Positions 1 to 9,444 of a stretch of 43,720 bases of DNA are shown here, in pieces. The notes under the pieces are model-generated. The model worked only from the letters and a program-made list of their open reading frames with translations, made no database searches and was not told where the DNA came from. Both the position numbers and the translations under genes were made by a program. Source of the stretch: a virus (Duplodnaviria; Caudoviricetes). The stretch spans positions 1 through 43,720 of IMG/VR virus record IMGVR_UViG_3300020183_006509; one strand, given 5' to 3'. Every line of letters starts with the position of its first letter. The stretch's first letter is position 1.

Positions 1-872
1 GGTATTACTAATGGGATTAATGATTTATGTTCCGATAAATATTGGACACAAGTTTTGAATGAATCGGAAGATTCTATAACCACATCTACGTCTAACCCGA
101 AGGTTGGAATCCTGTGGGTTAAACGTGAAGTTGGAGAAGATGAAAGTGAAATTCCCTTCTCGTCTATCATCGAACTTTCACCGTGAAAATAAATTGGTTT
201 GTGTGGGGATTCCCAGGTAGAACAGGATAAAAATAAAGCCTCTCTAAAATTCAAACCACCCGTATTGAACTGATGTGGCAAAGATCGAAAACAAATTGGA
301 ATTTTTGCCGGATAAAAAACTCCAGATAGCAAATCTGTAACCGAAAATAAACTTGGCTTATCATCATTCGTCACGGCCAACATGTTTCGGATTGTGATTG
401 GAAATTTGAAAATCTCCTCACAAAATCTTTGGGCGGTTTCCCTTCGGTTTCCATAGGCGCTTCCAACCCGGAGCAAAATACAAGGTTCGGCAATGCCAAG
501 ACCTTCAACCAGAGAAGCCAGCTTGCCAATCATCGTGTGTGTTTGTTGGACCGAATCTGGTAATCTTGATCCCAAGAAGAAATACGATGACAGGAAAAAT
601 AAAATCCTATGTCCTTTAATTCTAATTGATTGACTCAATTCGTCCAGAGAAACGAGATCCGGATGTTCCTCTTCTAAGGAGGAAAAATCCGGAAAATTCA
701 AATCGGATTCTGACAATTGAAAACAGGTAACATCTATTCCATTCTTCACGTGTGTTTCAACCGTTTTTGAGATGTATTTTATGAATTCATCGGCATGAAT
801 TTCTCCAGATTTTGGAAAATTCATGCTGGAAGCAATAGAACCTAATTTGTGTGGGGTTTTGCTTAAAATCAT
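1..872 (-). CDS. uvsE: UV-damage endonuclease (UvsE/UVDE)-like TIM-barrel protein, metal ligands largely lost; 3' end runs off window
   Basis: Not in the ORF track because it has no stop inside the window. I translated it from ATG at 872: MILSKTPHKLG...HRILFFLSSYFFLGS...LLRVGSAYGNRRETAQRF...LAVTNDDKPSLFSVTDLL...IPICFRSLPHQFN...STWE..KPIYFHGES...LDVDVVIES. This follows the UvsE motif order (RLSMHPGQF / IHVGGxYG / LENDDK / PxVLDxHH / TW / DxMIEAK). Confidence 0.75.
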   Translation of the reverse strand, partial: MILSKTPHKLGSIASSMNFPKSGEIHADEFIKYISKTVETHVKNGIDVTCFQLSESDLNFPDFSSLEEEHPDLVSLDELSQSIRIKGHRILFFLSSYFFLGSRLPDSVQQTHTMIGKLASLVEGLGIAEPCILLRVGSAYGNRRETAQRFCEEIFKFPITIRNMLAVTNDDKPSLFSVTDLLSGVFYPAKIPICFRSLPHQFNTGGLNFREALFLSCSTWESPHKPIYFHGESSMIDEKGISLSSSPTSRLTHRIPTFGLDVDVVIESSDSFKTCVQYLSEHKSLIPLVI

Positions 873-880
873 CCTGTGCT

Positions 881-906
881 TTACAGGAAGAACAGGTAAA
901 AGTTTC
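881..906 (-). promoter_or_regulatory. Putative ECF-type (middle) promoter GAAAC-N18-TAA
   Basis: Minus strand GAAAC ttttacctgttcttcctg TAAAG, just upstream of the uvsE-like ATG. The same architecture recurs at five other intergenic sites. Confidence 0.55.
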
Positions 907-1389
907 TCAACCTCCGACTGCTTCGATCCCTAAACCAGGATTGTTATAAACAGTTTTAGAATTGTAGGCATCACCCGTAATATCATTGAATTTGTACTGA
1001 GAAACAACCTGACGGTGGCCTTTGTCCCCCATGTCTACAAACTCAACCGTGTCAGGCTTAAGTTCTAGAACTTTTTGATCCTTTTTACCTTTGGTATGGA
1101 TCTGAACAAAAAAACGATATGATTTGTGATCTGGGGCCAGGATATTTTTAACAACCATACCTGCCACCTTCTTATCATCATTGATGGGTTCTCCAATAAC
1201 AATATCACCAACCTGAAATTTAGAACCAGGAATGTTTCTAGGAACTCTGGGATCAGGTCCAACGGAAACAGAAAGATCCTTGTATGGCTTATATTGGACC
1301 TTGAAAATTCCGTTTGCCCCGCCATATCCATAGGTGTCACCGAAAACCCCGGTGTCGAAAAATTCATTCAAAGTAAGGATGTACTTCAA
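907..1389 (-). CDS. Hypothetical protein (160 aa) with KOW/SH3-like segment
   Basis: ORF with TTG start that fills the gap between neighbours. FQVGDIVIG...GMVVK resembles an SH3-like barrel. A late-promoter variant (GATACATA, 1406-1413) lies upstream. Confidence 0.7.
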   Translation of the reverse strand: MKYILTLNEFFDTGVFGDTYGYGGANGIFKVQYKPYKDLSVSVGPDPRVPRNIPGSKFQVGDIVIGEPINDDKKVAGMVVKNILAPDHKSYRFFVQIHTKGKKDQKVLELKPDTVEFVDMGDKGHRQVVSQYKFNDITGDAYNSKTVYNNPGLGIEAVGG

Positions 1390-1413
1390 GAGACAACTTT
1401 TTTTATATGTATC

Positions 1414-1950
1414 TTAAATCTCTTCCGGTTTTTGGGACATCTTTAGAATGTCCTGGATCTTTTGTGCCATCTCGTAATTTTCCTCGGCCAAGGCATTTTC
1501 CAACATCATCTTTAGGGTATCGGTATCTGAAGTAGTTGCTGGATTAGATCCTTCGCCCGTATCCATCGTAATACAAATTCTTTGTGGAGCATAAATCACC
1601 TCAAGCTTGGTGTTGGGCATTTCAATTTCAAATTCTGTTTCCTCGTCGTCTTGGCTCAGTGTTTCAATCACGGTTTCATCGTTCCATTGTTGATTGTACC
1701 ACGTGACGATCCAATTGCCATAGGTGAAAGATTGGTAATCGTTTTCCACTACATACTTCAAAATTATTTTCAATTCGTGTTTCAAATCCTTCACACTTAG
1801 GTTTTGATCGTAATTTTTTCTTTTTAAACCGGGTATTACCTCGCTACCCTGACCGGTACCATGTTTAAATGCCTGGTGAATTAGAAGGATAGAATTCCAA
1901 TCCAAACTCTGAACTAACTTATCAACAATTTTTTGAATACCTTTCTCCAT
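1414..1950 (-). CDS. Hypothetical protein with C-terminal UVR (UvrB/C) helical motif
   Basis: The C-terminus LKMMLENALAEENYEMAQKIQDILK matches the UVR consensus (L..A...E.YE.AA..RD.I). Confidence 0.7.
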   Translation of the reverse strand: MEKGIQKIVDKLVQSLDWNSILLIHQAFKHGTGQGSEVIPGLKRKNYDQNLSVKDLKHELKIILKYVVENDYQSFTYGNWIVTWYNQQWNDETVIETLSQDDEETEFEIEMPNTKLEVIYAPQRICITMDTGEGSNPATTSDTDTLKMMLENALAEENYEMAQKIQDILKMSQKPEEI

Positions 1951-1973
1951 GACTTTAAAATTATTTTCTGTCT

Positions 1974-1981
1974 TATATATC
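1974..1981 (-). promoter_or_regulatory. Putative late promoter GATATATA
   Basis: Octamer 24 nt upstream of ATG 1950; recurs upstream of structural genes. Confidence 0.55.
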
Positions 1982-2407
1982 CTATTTCTGATTTTCCTTG
2001 CCCATCTGCTGGGATAGGGATTTCATCCAATCATGATATGACGTAGGAAAAAATTGTTTCAATTCTAGAAGTTGTCTTTTGCTAAGTTGATTTCTTTCCC
2101 TGATGAAATCTTCTACCTCCTGGAAATTTGGAATCTTTTGGTTCGATTTATTTTGTTCTTTTTTTCCAGTGGAAGTGAAAACCCACTTTGGTGTTTTTGC
2201 AAATTTTGGGCCCAAGGCAGAATGCCACCAATCCAAAACCAAATTCGGGACGACCTTAGTGTGGTTGAACTCGTGGGCCTGAACCGGGAATTGGATGGAC
2301 ATGAACCTATTGACCATGAAAAAATTTCGAGACTTGTCTGCCTTGCCCACAGATTCCCACTTTTTATCTGATCCAAAAAGAGAATTTACAACATCGAAAA
2401 GTTCCAT
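1982..2407 (-). CDS. gp62: Clamp loader small subunit (T4 gp62-like)
   Basis: NFFMVNRFMSIQFPVQAHEFN resembles the gp62 F(I/M)VNRxLS...ANEMN motif. Size 141 aa, in the same gene run as gp44. Confidence 0.55.
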   Translation of the reverse strand: MELFDVVNSLFGSDKKWESVGKADKSRNFFMVNRFMSIQFPVQAHEFNHTKVVPNLVLDWWHSALGPKFAKTPKWVFTSTGKKEQNKSNQKIPNFQEVEDFIRERNQLSKRQLLELKQFFPTSYHDWMKSLSQQMGKENQK

Positions 2408-2409
2408 TT

Positions 2410-3543
2410 CTATTCGGAAAAAGGATTGTACATCTTAGGTACAGCAGTAGATGTTACCCACTCTGTACCCTCTAAAATTTTAATTCTATCGAGGGTGATT
2501 GACCTTCTTTCAAGATTAATTCCTCTTCTAATTTCTGCCACAGAATTCGTAATTACCCAAGAGGGCATAACCATTTTATCCAACCACATCAGTTGATAAT
2601 TTCTTTTTAAATTTTCGGATGCCTTCTGCCTATTTTCTTTGGAATCTATGTCTTTCATTAATCTCAAAATGTAACCTCCGGCCCAATCAAGAAATTCTGT
2701 GTCCTGTAGTAAATCACCAAAAGAACTTCCTGACCATTTAGATTGCTGAAGTGATTCCAAAAGTTGTTCTGCCTTTTTTGGAGTCATTCTTGACATCTTA
2801 CCAGGGGTTGCCTCAAAGTTCCAGACCCCCGGAACAGCATCCCCTTCGTCTCCAATCAGCATTTTTGTGAAAATGAAACTTTCTGGTTTGATTTCATTTA
2901 CGGTTAGATTTTGTATCCATTTTTTTAATTTTTCTTTGTCGGTTTGATTCAAATCCGGCATATCAAAAATTGAAACTTGTGGTTGGTGGTCTAGCCACCT
3001 TTCTTTCCATCCAACTGGACATGAAACAACATTGTTTTTGGAATTATTTGACCAAACTAAAGTCCAATTGTCTCCCTTCCATCTTGAAAGCTGATGTAGA
3101 TCTTTGTCGCCGGAAACGATGATACAATCTTGGGATTTGGCTGTGAAATAGTCTGCCCAAAAATACAACAAATCATCTCCCTCGGCCCCGTCAGCCCGAG
3201 AGTGCACGAATCCCATTTTTTCAAGTTGTTTTCCAAAAGAGTCAAGTAAATTAAAAAAAATTGACCAGTCTACAGATTCGTCTTTAATACGGTTAGACTT
3301 GTAACCTCCGCCTTCAATAACCACGTCCTTTCTCCAGCTTCTTGAGTCAGCCGTGAAAATTAATCTTCCTCCGGTAGGAAGCTCCCTAAGGGCGGCACAA
3401 AGATCAGTGGCTATCTTCCGAATAAACATGGCCTGCTCATTTTTAGTTTTTAGCACTTCTCCTGGATCTTTTGATCCATAACCTCCGAAGATTCCAAAAG
3501 TTTTGTGGAAAATATAATTTCCGTCGATGAGAATGTTAATCAT
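2410..3543 (-). CDS. rnh: RNase H / 5'-3' (flap) exonuclease, T4 Rnh-like
   Basis: FEN-family motifs ILIDGNY, YKSNR, EGDDL, IVSGDKDLHQL and LIGDEGDAVPG. Confidence 0.9.
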   Translation of the reverse strand: MINILIDGNYIFHKTFGIFGGYGSKDPGEVLKTKNEQAMFIRKIATDLCAALRELPTGGRLIFTADSRSWRKDVVIEGGGYKSNRIKDESVDWSIFFNLLDSFGKQLEKMGFVHSRADGAEGDDLLYFWADYFTAKSQDCIIVSGDKDLHQLSRWKGDNWTLVWSNNSKNNVVSCPVGWKERWLDHQPQVSIFDMPDLNQTDKEKLKKWIQNLTVNEIKPESFIFTKMLIGDEGDAVPGVWNFEATPGKMSRMTPKKAEQLLESLQQSKWSGSSFGDLLQDTEFLDWAGGYILRLMKDIDSKENRQKASENLKRNYQLMWLDKMVMPSWVITNSVAEIRRGINLERRSITLDRIKILEGTEWVTSTAVPKMYNPFSE

Positions 3544-4165
3544 GGTAATACTTTAAATCAAACCAAATTTCTGAACCCACAACAAAATTGGGATCGGTTA
3601 TTTTGAAATCAAAATCAGTGAAATTAGAAAAATCTTCCTCGTCTGTTCGAAGTCTTCTGTCCACAGAATCCGCATCTTTTCTTAAAGACAATCTGGATTT
3701 TCTAGTTTTTGGGTCTATATCTAAGAAAATAATGAAAGACTCTTCTCTGTCGTCCGGTTTAAGGTTAGCAATACCAGAAGGTGTTAGAATCATTAAATCG
3801 CTCGAATTGAATTCCTGAATAGAAGTACCATAAATCCATCCGGCGAAAAGATTCACCTCGTAAAATTCTTTCCTTTCGAACATTCCTTTGAGAATTTCAA
3901 AATCTTCCAAATTTTTAACGAAGAAGTAGTCTTTGCCTTCCTGTTCTTTGGTTCGACGAGGTCGTGTTGTGTGAGACACACAGTACTTGAAACCTTTTTC
4001 TTCTAAAAGTTGACGGAGGTGATCCTTTCCCGCTCCACCCTTACCACACAGGATTATTCTTTTTATTTTTTTGGAGTAAAACAAACTACTGGCATACAGC
4101 CACCCATCAGATCGGTTGGGGTTGAAATCTATATGGATTTTTGGATCTGGATTTCTATTCTCCAT
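3536..4165 (-). CDS. gmk: Guanylate kinase-like NMP kinase
   Basis: P-loop GKGGAGKD, GK signature VSHTTRPRRTKEQEGKDYFF, and YGTS. Confidence 0.88.
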   Translation of the reverse strand: MENRNPDPKIHIDFNPNRSDGWLYASSLFYSKKIKRIILCGKGGAGKDHLRQLLEEKGFKYCVSHTTRPRRTKEQEGKDYFFVKNLEDFEILKGMFERKEFYEVNLFAGWIYGTSIQEFNSSDLMILTPSGIANLKPDDREESFIIFLDIDPKTRKSRLSLRKDADSVDRRLRTDEEDFSNFTDFDFKITDPNFVVGSEIWFDLKYYHD

Positions 4166-4466
4166 CTTCGTAACCCCTGTGATTTAAACCTTGTTCTAAT
4201 TGGTTGAAAATAAATTCTGCCTTTTCCTGACTGGAAGGAGCCCATGCCCATTTACCAAAATCCTCATTTCCAGGAAAGATTTCTCTTTCTCCTAATTTAA
4301 CCCCGAAAACCTCTTTTGGTGGGTCAATTTTTCTTTTGAACACTTCCCAGGCGATTACCCTTTCGGCATCCGTACAAAATTGTTCATACATCATAGCCCT
4401 TTCTCCCCTCTTAACAAGTCGGTAGATAAAGGTGTTCTTTTTTATTTCATTAGGCAAAAGATCCAT
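4155..4466 (-). CDS. Hypothetical protein (103 aa)
   Basis: ORF tightly overlapping both neighbours; contains E.FPGNEDFGKWAW. Confidence 0.7.
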   Translation of the reverse strand: MDLLPNEIKKNTFIYRLVKRGERAMMYEQFCTDAERVIAWEVFKRKIDPPKEVFGVKLGEREIFPGNEDFGKWAWAPSSQEKAEFIFNQLEQGLNHRGYEDGE

Positions 4467-5416
4467 TAGGCTTGAATTTGTTTTTGAATTTTAAATACGA
4501 GGGCGAGCAAAGAAACTATGGGATCTATGACCAACATTCTCTGTGCCTGGTGTTCGGCAACCATCACGATTATTCCGGGAATTATTTTGGCGAGTTCTGG
4601 TCGGTTGTGCTGGATCCAACTTACAAATTCATCACCCATAGCCAACATCACGCTGTCAACTTTACCGGCATATTGTGACACGACAAACTGATAATTTTCA
4701 ACGGGATTTTTTCCGTCACAGATTAAAAGGTAAAGATCCTCGTGGGAATAAGAGGAATCTTTAACTTTTTTGGCGTCTACATTTTGAATTCCCTCAATTG
4801 ACCATGCTTGGATTTTGTTCAAAGCAGATCTTAAATCTGGAAAAAAATCCCTTTCGAAAACATCCAAAGCTTCAGAATCTATTGAGATGGAAAGTTTTCC
4901 CAAAATCAAAGTGATCCTTCTTCTCCATTCTTCCTTCAATTCCTGTTCTTCTTCGTAATTTACTGGGTCGAAATTGATAACTTCAAATCTGGACTGAATT
5001 GCCTCTGGCACCTTGGCAATCCAATTACACGTTGCTACAAATCTGGCATTTCTAGCGAATTTCTCAATTGTTCCCCTTAAAGCCTTGTAAAATTGATCCG
5101 AAGCACCGTCAAACTCGTCTAATATTACCACCTTCAAGGCAGATTTACCATCCATAATGCTTAATGTTGAACAGAAATCGTTAATCTTTGTTCGAATAAC
5201 ATCAACCGAGCTTTCATCTGAAACATTGATAAACAGGTGGGGAGAACCAGTGGCTAAAATTTTTGCTAGGGTTGTTTTGCCACAACCGGGTGATCCTGCC
5301 AACAAAACATTCTGTGCCAATGGCTTGCCGTCAAAGAGATTCCGTATACGATCCGGCAAAATCATATGTTTTAGATCCCGGGGCCTAAGCTTTTCAGTCA
5401 ACAATTGATTAACCAT
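4466..5416 (-). CDS. gp44: Sliding-clamp loader large subunit (T4 gp44 / RFC-like AAA+)
   Basis: EKLRP, Walker A GSPGCGKTT, Walker B VILDEFD, and the ATCN and IQSRF (SRC-like) motifs. Confidence 0.93.
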   Translation of the reverse strand: MVNQLLTEKLRPRDLKHMILPDRIRNLFDGKPLAQNVLLAGSPGCGKTTLAKILATGSPHLFINVSDESSVDVIRTKINDFCSTLSIMDGKSALKVVILDEFDGASDQFYKALRGTIEKFARNARFVATCNWIAKVPEAIQSRFEVINFDPVNYEEEQELKEEWRRRITLILGKLSISIDSEALDVFERDFFPDLRSALNKIQAWSIEGIQNVDAKKVKDSSYSHEDLYLLICDGKNPVENYQFVVSQYAGKVDSVMLAMGDEFVSWIQHNRPELAKIIPGIIVMVAEHQAQRMLVIDPIVSLLALVFKIQKQIQA

Positions 5417-5433
5417 AATTCCTCTTTCAAATT

Positions 5434-5458
5434 TTATGAAAATTCAAATAAAGGTTTC
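5434..5458 (-). promoter_or_regulatory. Putative ECF-type (middle) promoter GAAAC-N17-TAA
   Basis: Minus strand GGAAAC ctttatttgaattttca TAAAA upstream of gp44, heading the replication gene run. Confidence 0.6.
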
Positions 5459-5461
5459 CCC

Positions 5462-6799
5462 TTACTTGAAAAAAGAGGTCATGTCGTCTGCCTGATTTTT
5501 GTCCGACCTAACCTCAATGAAGCGGGGAAGAAATAGGCTTCTATTTCCGAATTTGTCAGTGATAGGCTCGTTAAATTGAACGGCAGCTACCTGACCAATC
5601 CACTGATCAGGATTGGCACTAAGAGTTTTCAGATCGGCATCTGTAAATCCAGATCCTATCTTCACTTCCAAAGTTCTAGAGGCATCAGTACAAATGAAAC
5701 CCCCTATGAATCCTTCTCTCTTACCCTCGCCTGGATACCATCCAGTGATTTCCAAATCACAATCTTGAACCTGCTTCAATTTGACCCAACTTTTACTGCG
5801 TTTACACTCGTACACGTGGTGCCCTGGTTTGAGAATTACCCCCTCTCCTCCCAGAGAAATAATTAGTCCATAAATCTTTTGGGTTTCTTCCATGGAATCT
5901 ACCACCCATTGGCGGGCTAGTTTAACTTGGGAGTTTGAAGGCAAGAACGAGGTCAAAACCTCTAGTTCTTTTCTTCTTTCAATGAATGGAGTGGTTCCGT
6001 GTCCAACCTTCAGAACCGAAGACTTTTCCAAATCGAAAACATTGAACATAAATTCCTTGTCGATTCCCTTAGGAGCTGTACCCTTCAGAATTTGGGTTAC
6101 CTTTCCAGAAACAGACTTTCGGTTGAGATCTGTTAGTTCACCGTCAAAAAATACTTCTTCTACAATGTTGGAATTGTGGAGAATCTGAACTAGGTCTCGC
6201 TCTATAGAGGAAAGTCTGGTTTTGTCCAGCTCGTTAAAGGCCCTGGTGTAAAATTGAAAACCTTTTTCTTTGTCTCCTACAGCAATTACCCTAACACCGT
6301 CGTATTTCTCCTCACAGTAGATCTTATCCCAACCCAAAACTTCTTTTTGATCGTCGGTGGCCAACATTAAAGAGGGGTCCGGAATTAATTCCTTGCCCAA
6401 GGCCTTGTTAATGAGCTTGGCACCAATCCCCGAATTCATTCTCTTCGTGAAAATTTTCATTAGAATATCCCGAAGTTGTCTGTCTTCGATTGAATCCTCA
6501 GAAAGACGAGAATTGATGAGTGCTGTGGCCTGACCCCTAAGGTTATCGTTGGCAGCCGGAGCTGATTTCAGGGATTCCATAACGGACTTGAAGATTTCGA
6601 ATCCAGGAAACTCCCCGGTGGGGGTTGGTTGTAGGTCCAACTTATGTAACTTGGTCGTTACAAAAGGATTGAAGCACACGTCCAGAAGGTAGGACATCAC
6701 TTCGGTGAGATTTTCTGAGAGCAGTCTTTGCTTCTCTTTTTGGGACCCGTTACCTGTTAACGATTCGAGTGCCGATAGGATTTTTAGTTCGTTTATCAT
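5462..6799 (-). CDS. lig: ATP-dependent DNA ligase (T4 gp30-like)
   Basis: Motif I EEKYDGVR, FFDGEL, FNVFD, EGVILK, WVKLK, OB-fold GSGF and LFLPRF. Confidence 0.95.
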   Translation of the reverse strand: MINELKILSALESLTGNGSQKEKQRLLSENLTEVMSYLLDVCFNPFVTTKLHKLDLQPTPTGEFPGFEIFKSVMESLKSAPAANDNLRGQATALINSRLSEDSIEDRQLRDILMKIFTKRMNSGIGAKLINKALGKELIPDPSLMLATDDQKEVLGWDKIYCEEKYDGVRVIAVGDKEKGFQFYTRAFNELDKTRLSSIERDLVQILHNSNIVEEVFFDGELTDLNRKSVSGKVTQILKGTAPKGIDKEFMFNVFDLEKSSVLKVGHGTTPFIERRKELEVLTSFLPSNSQVKLARQWVVDSMEETQKIYGLIISLGGEGVILKPGHHVYECKRSKSWVKLKQVQDCDLEITGWYPGEGKREGFIGGFICTDASRTLEVKIGSGFTDADLKTLSANPDQWIGQVAAVQFNEPITDKFGNRSLFLPRFIEVRSDKNQADDMTSFFK

Positions 6800-6803
6800 G
6801 ATG

Positions 6804-6828
6804 TAAATGTAGAACTAAACCTCGCAAA
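6804..6828 (-). promoter_or_regulatory. Possible host-sigma (Bacteroidota-type) promoter TTTG-N13-TACATTTA
   Basis: One mismatch to the TAnnTTTG -7 box, directly upstream of the ligase ATG. The spacer is shorter than the canonical -33/-7 spacing. Confidence 0.3.
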
Positions 6829-6840
6829 AAAAAAATTAAA

Positions 6841-7830
6841 TCAGTAAAAAATTGGGTTTTTTTCGAATAATTCTTCAGCATCAACAGAAACCGCTCCCGG
6901 GTGCCTACACACTAAAGATCCTGCCAAATTAGCGAGTTTTGCCACACCAATTAAATCATCATTGGATGTAACCCCGTTCTCCCCAGAAAAGAATCCCAAT
7001 CCAAATACGGCAGAAACGGTATCCCCTGCCCCAGAGACATCGGCAACATCCACACTAATTCCAGGGATATGATGAGAAAAATGTCTTCCAACCAATAACA
7101 TGCCATTTTCTGATAAAGTAATTAGGAAATATTGGTAGTCGAATTCTTCCATCACCAATTGGGCATAATTTACAATCTGGTCAATTTCTAAATCTTCTTC
7201 AGATTTGATATTCACCATAGCCTTAAATTCACTCAGATTTGGCTTGATCAGATCGATTCCTTGATATCGCCCAAGATCTGCCACTTTAGGATCTACCAAA
7301 ATCTTTTTCGAGTATTTTTTCGCTATTTCAATTAGAGACGCTAAAACATAATTCGTTAGTAATCCTTTCCCATAATCTTGAAAAATAACTCCATCGTGAA
7401 ATTGAATCTGTTCGTCGAAAATTTCAATAATTTTTGAAGTTGAGTTTTCTAATAAATCACAAGTTGTTTCAACATCAATTCTAACGATTTGATGTTTGTT
7501 CCCTATTACTCTGGTTTTTTTTGTTGTTGGTCTGGATTCTTCTTCGATAAAAATAGGATTGATTTTTTTCTCGATACATTTTTCAAACAAAATTTTTCCA
7601 TCTTCATCATCACCAACCAAAGATAACAGGGTACAATTGGCTCCGAATGTCGTGATGTTCTGTGCTACATTTGCCGCCCCGCCCAGGAAAAATTCTTCTT
7701 TGTTCTTAAGAACAACCGGAACTGGTGCTTCTGGAGATACCCTGTGAACTTTTCCATACACATAGTGATCCAAAATGGAATCACCCACAACAAGAATTTT
7801 TTGTGTTGAAAATAATTCTTTGAAATTCAT
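6841..7830 (-). CDS. rfaE: D-glycero-D-manno-heptose-7-phosphate kinase (HldE/RfaE domain I, PfkB family), stand-alone
   Basis: ILVVGDSILDHYVYGKVHRVSPEAPVPV, GGAANVA, TTKKTR, QIVRID, DYGKG, VDPK, KPNLSE and DVSGAGDTV are the HldE kinase-domain signatures. No adenylyltransferase domain is present. Confidence 0.92.
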   Translation of the reverse strand: MNFKELFSTQKILVVGDSILDHYVYGKVHRVSPEAPVPVVLKNKEEFFLGGAANVAQNITTFGANCTLLSLVGDDEDGKILFEKCIEKKINPIFIEEESRPTTKKTRVIGNKHQIVRIDVETTCDLLENSTSKIIEIFDEQIQFHDGVIFQDYGKGLLTNYVLASLIEIAKKYSKKILVDPKVADLGRYQGIDLIKPNLSEFKAMVNIKSEEDLEIDQIVNYAQLVMEEFDYQYFLITLSENGMLLVGRHFSHHIPGISVDVADVSGAGDTVSAVFGLGFFSGENGVTSNDDLIGVAKLANLAGSLVCRHPGAVSVDAEELFEKNPIFY

Positions 7831-7840
7831 TTATTGAAAT

Positions 7841-9442
7841 TTAAAGAGTGAAATCTGGTGCATCTGCTGATTCCCCACCTTCCCCTTTATCCTTTTTGGC
7901 CTTGTCCGCTTGTTTCTTTTCGTCTTTTTTGAATTTTTCGTTCTCTCTATATTCGTCCATACTCAAACCAAGCCATCTTTTTATTAACCACTCCTTATCG
8001 AAATATGGAACTTCCTCTTCTCCGATTTTTTGTTTCATATCTCCCAATGCGGTGATAAATGTCGTTCTTTTCGTGTAGTTAGATAAAACAATTAGTTGTT
8101 CGAAAACATTTTCTTTAACGAAGTTCAAACCCAAATTTACTTTAAATGATCTGTCTTCAGACAAGGCAGGAAAATCCAAACAAGTTTGGATATAAAGAGG
8201 TTTAACCAAAAGTTCTTGGAAAATAGATCTCAAACGGGTAACAAATTTTTCGTATCTAATTTCGTCTCTTTCTAACTGGTCGATTGATATTTGATAGGTG
8301 GCAGGACCACTTCTCCCAGCAAACCTAGCATATGGAATTTTGGAGTCTAATTTTAGCTTGTTGTAAAAATAAACAACATTTTCCATCACGTTAAAATCGG
8401 GACCATTTGGATTTAAAGTGTTAATGTCTGGCGATTCCCCGTCTTTTTCCGGAAAGAGATAATTTTTGTAAAACTGTACTCTGGGGGCACCATTGACAGT
8501 CAATTCCCCGGAAGTATCATTAATTTGAATTTCTTCTTTATACTGAGACATCAGCTGTCCCAGGGTTTGCATAGCTTTTTGTCCGGATTGTGTTCCAACA
8601 GGAATAACGAATTTCAAACGATACGAAGCGTTCATGACATTCCAAATTACCCGAGTATTTTCCATGATTCTCAGAATGTTATAAGATCTGATCAGCCTTT
8701 CAGTGTAGCTGACTCTGGAAACGGAATTACCCTTGGCATAGGAAAGATAAATGACCTGCTCTGCCTTTAATTTTCTGGTCATTCTAGGATCACCCGGATA
8801 TTGAATCCAGATTTGTTGAAATTCTTTGTTGGGCTGTTGTTCAGTTGCAGGTTGAAGAGAGGTGGCATCTAATTCTTTGAAACCAACAATTTTTTTTCCA
8901 TCTGTCGAGTACACAATTTCAAAAGCCAAAAAACCATCAATTAGAAATTGACGAAAATACTGCCAGGCAAGAGTACTTTGTTGAAAACCAAACAGCATGT
9001 ACAAAGTTCTGAAATTTTCTTCTACCTTAGAACGGACTTCGGGTTTTAAATCAACATTTAATAAAGATGGATACCCGAAGAAATTTTTGTCGTCGTAGTT
9101 GATAGCATCGTCTGATAAAGTATCCAGAATGAAATCAATTTCTCCGTTTAAAGCAAATTTTCTTAAGAATTCTCTTTTCCCGAGATAATCCTTGTCGAAA
9201 TAGGCTATGTATTTTCTTACTCTAGTATCTTGATAACCTAAAGTCCAGAAGAAAGCGTCATTCTCGGTAAATCCAGTTCCTTCATTGTTGAAAAAGGTAG
9301 ATTCGGTTGCCCCTATAGCCTGAGAATTCCGGATAACCATATCCTCGTACTGCATACCAAACCTTCCAATTTTAGATAGGTTTCGGTACAGATTTCCTAA
9401 AAAGGAACGCTGTTGACTGTTATCATCGTTAAATCCTGCCAT
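7841..9442 (-). CDS. gp20: Portal protein (T4 gp20-like), copy 2
   Basis: EIDFILDTLSDDAI, YFRQFLIDG, YNILRIMENTRVIW, RDEIRYEKFVTRLRSIF and an acidic tail. Clear full-length paralogue of 9445..11070. Confidence 0.85.
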   Translation of the reverse strand: MAGFNDDNSQQRSFLGNLYRNLSKIGRFGMQYEDMVIRNSQAIGATESTFFNNEGTGFTENDAFFWTLGYQDTRVRKYIAYFDKDYLGKREFLRKFALNGEIDFILDTLSDDAINYDDKNFFGYPSLLNVDLKPEVRSKVEENFRTLYMLFGFQQSTLAWQYFRQFLIDGFLAFEIVYSTDGKKIVGFKELDATSLQPATEQQPNKEFQQIWIQYPGDPRMTRKLKAEQVIYLSYAKGNSVSRVSYTERLIRSYNILRIMENTRVIWNVMNASYRLKFVIPVGTQSGQKAMQTLGQLMSQYKEEIQINDTSGELTVNGAPRVQFYKNYLFPEKDGESPDINTLNPNGPDFNVMENVVYFYNKLKLDSKIPYARFAGRSGPATYQISIDQLERDEIRYEKFVTRLRSIFQELLVKPLYIQTCLDFPALSEDRSFKVNLGLNFVKENVFEQLIVLSNYTKRTTFITALGDMKQKIGEEEVPYFDKEWLIKRWLGLSMDEYRENEKFKKDEKKQADKAKKDKGEGGESADAPDFTL

Positions 9443-9444
9443 AA

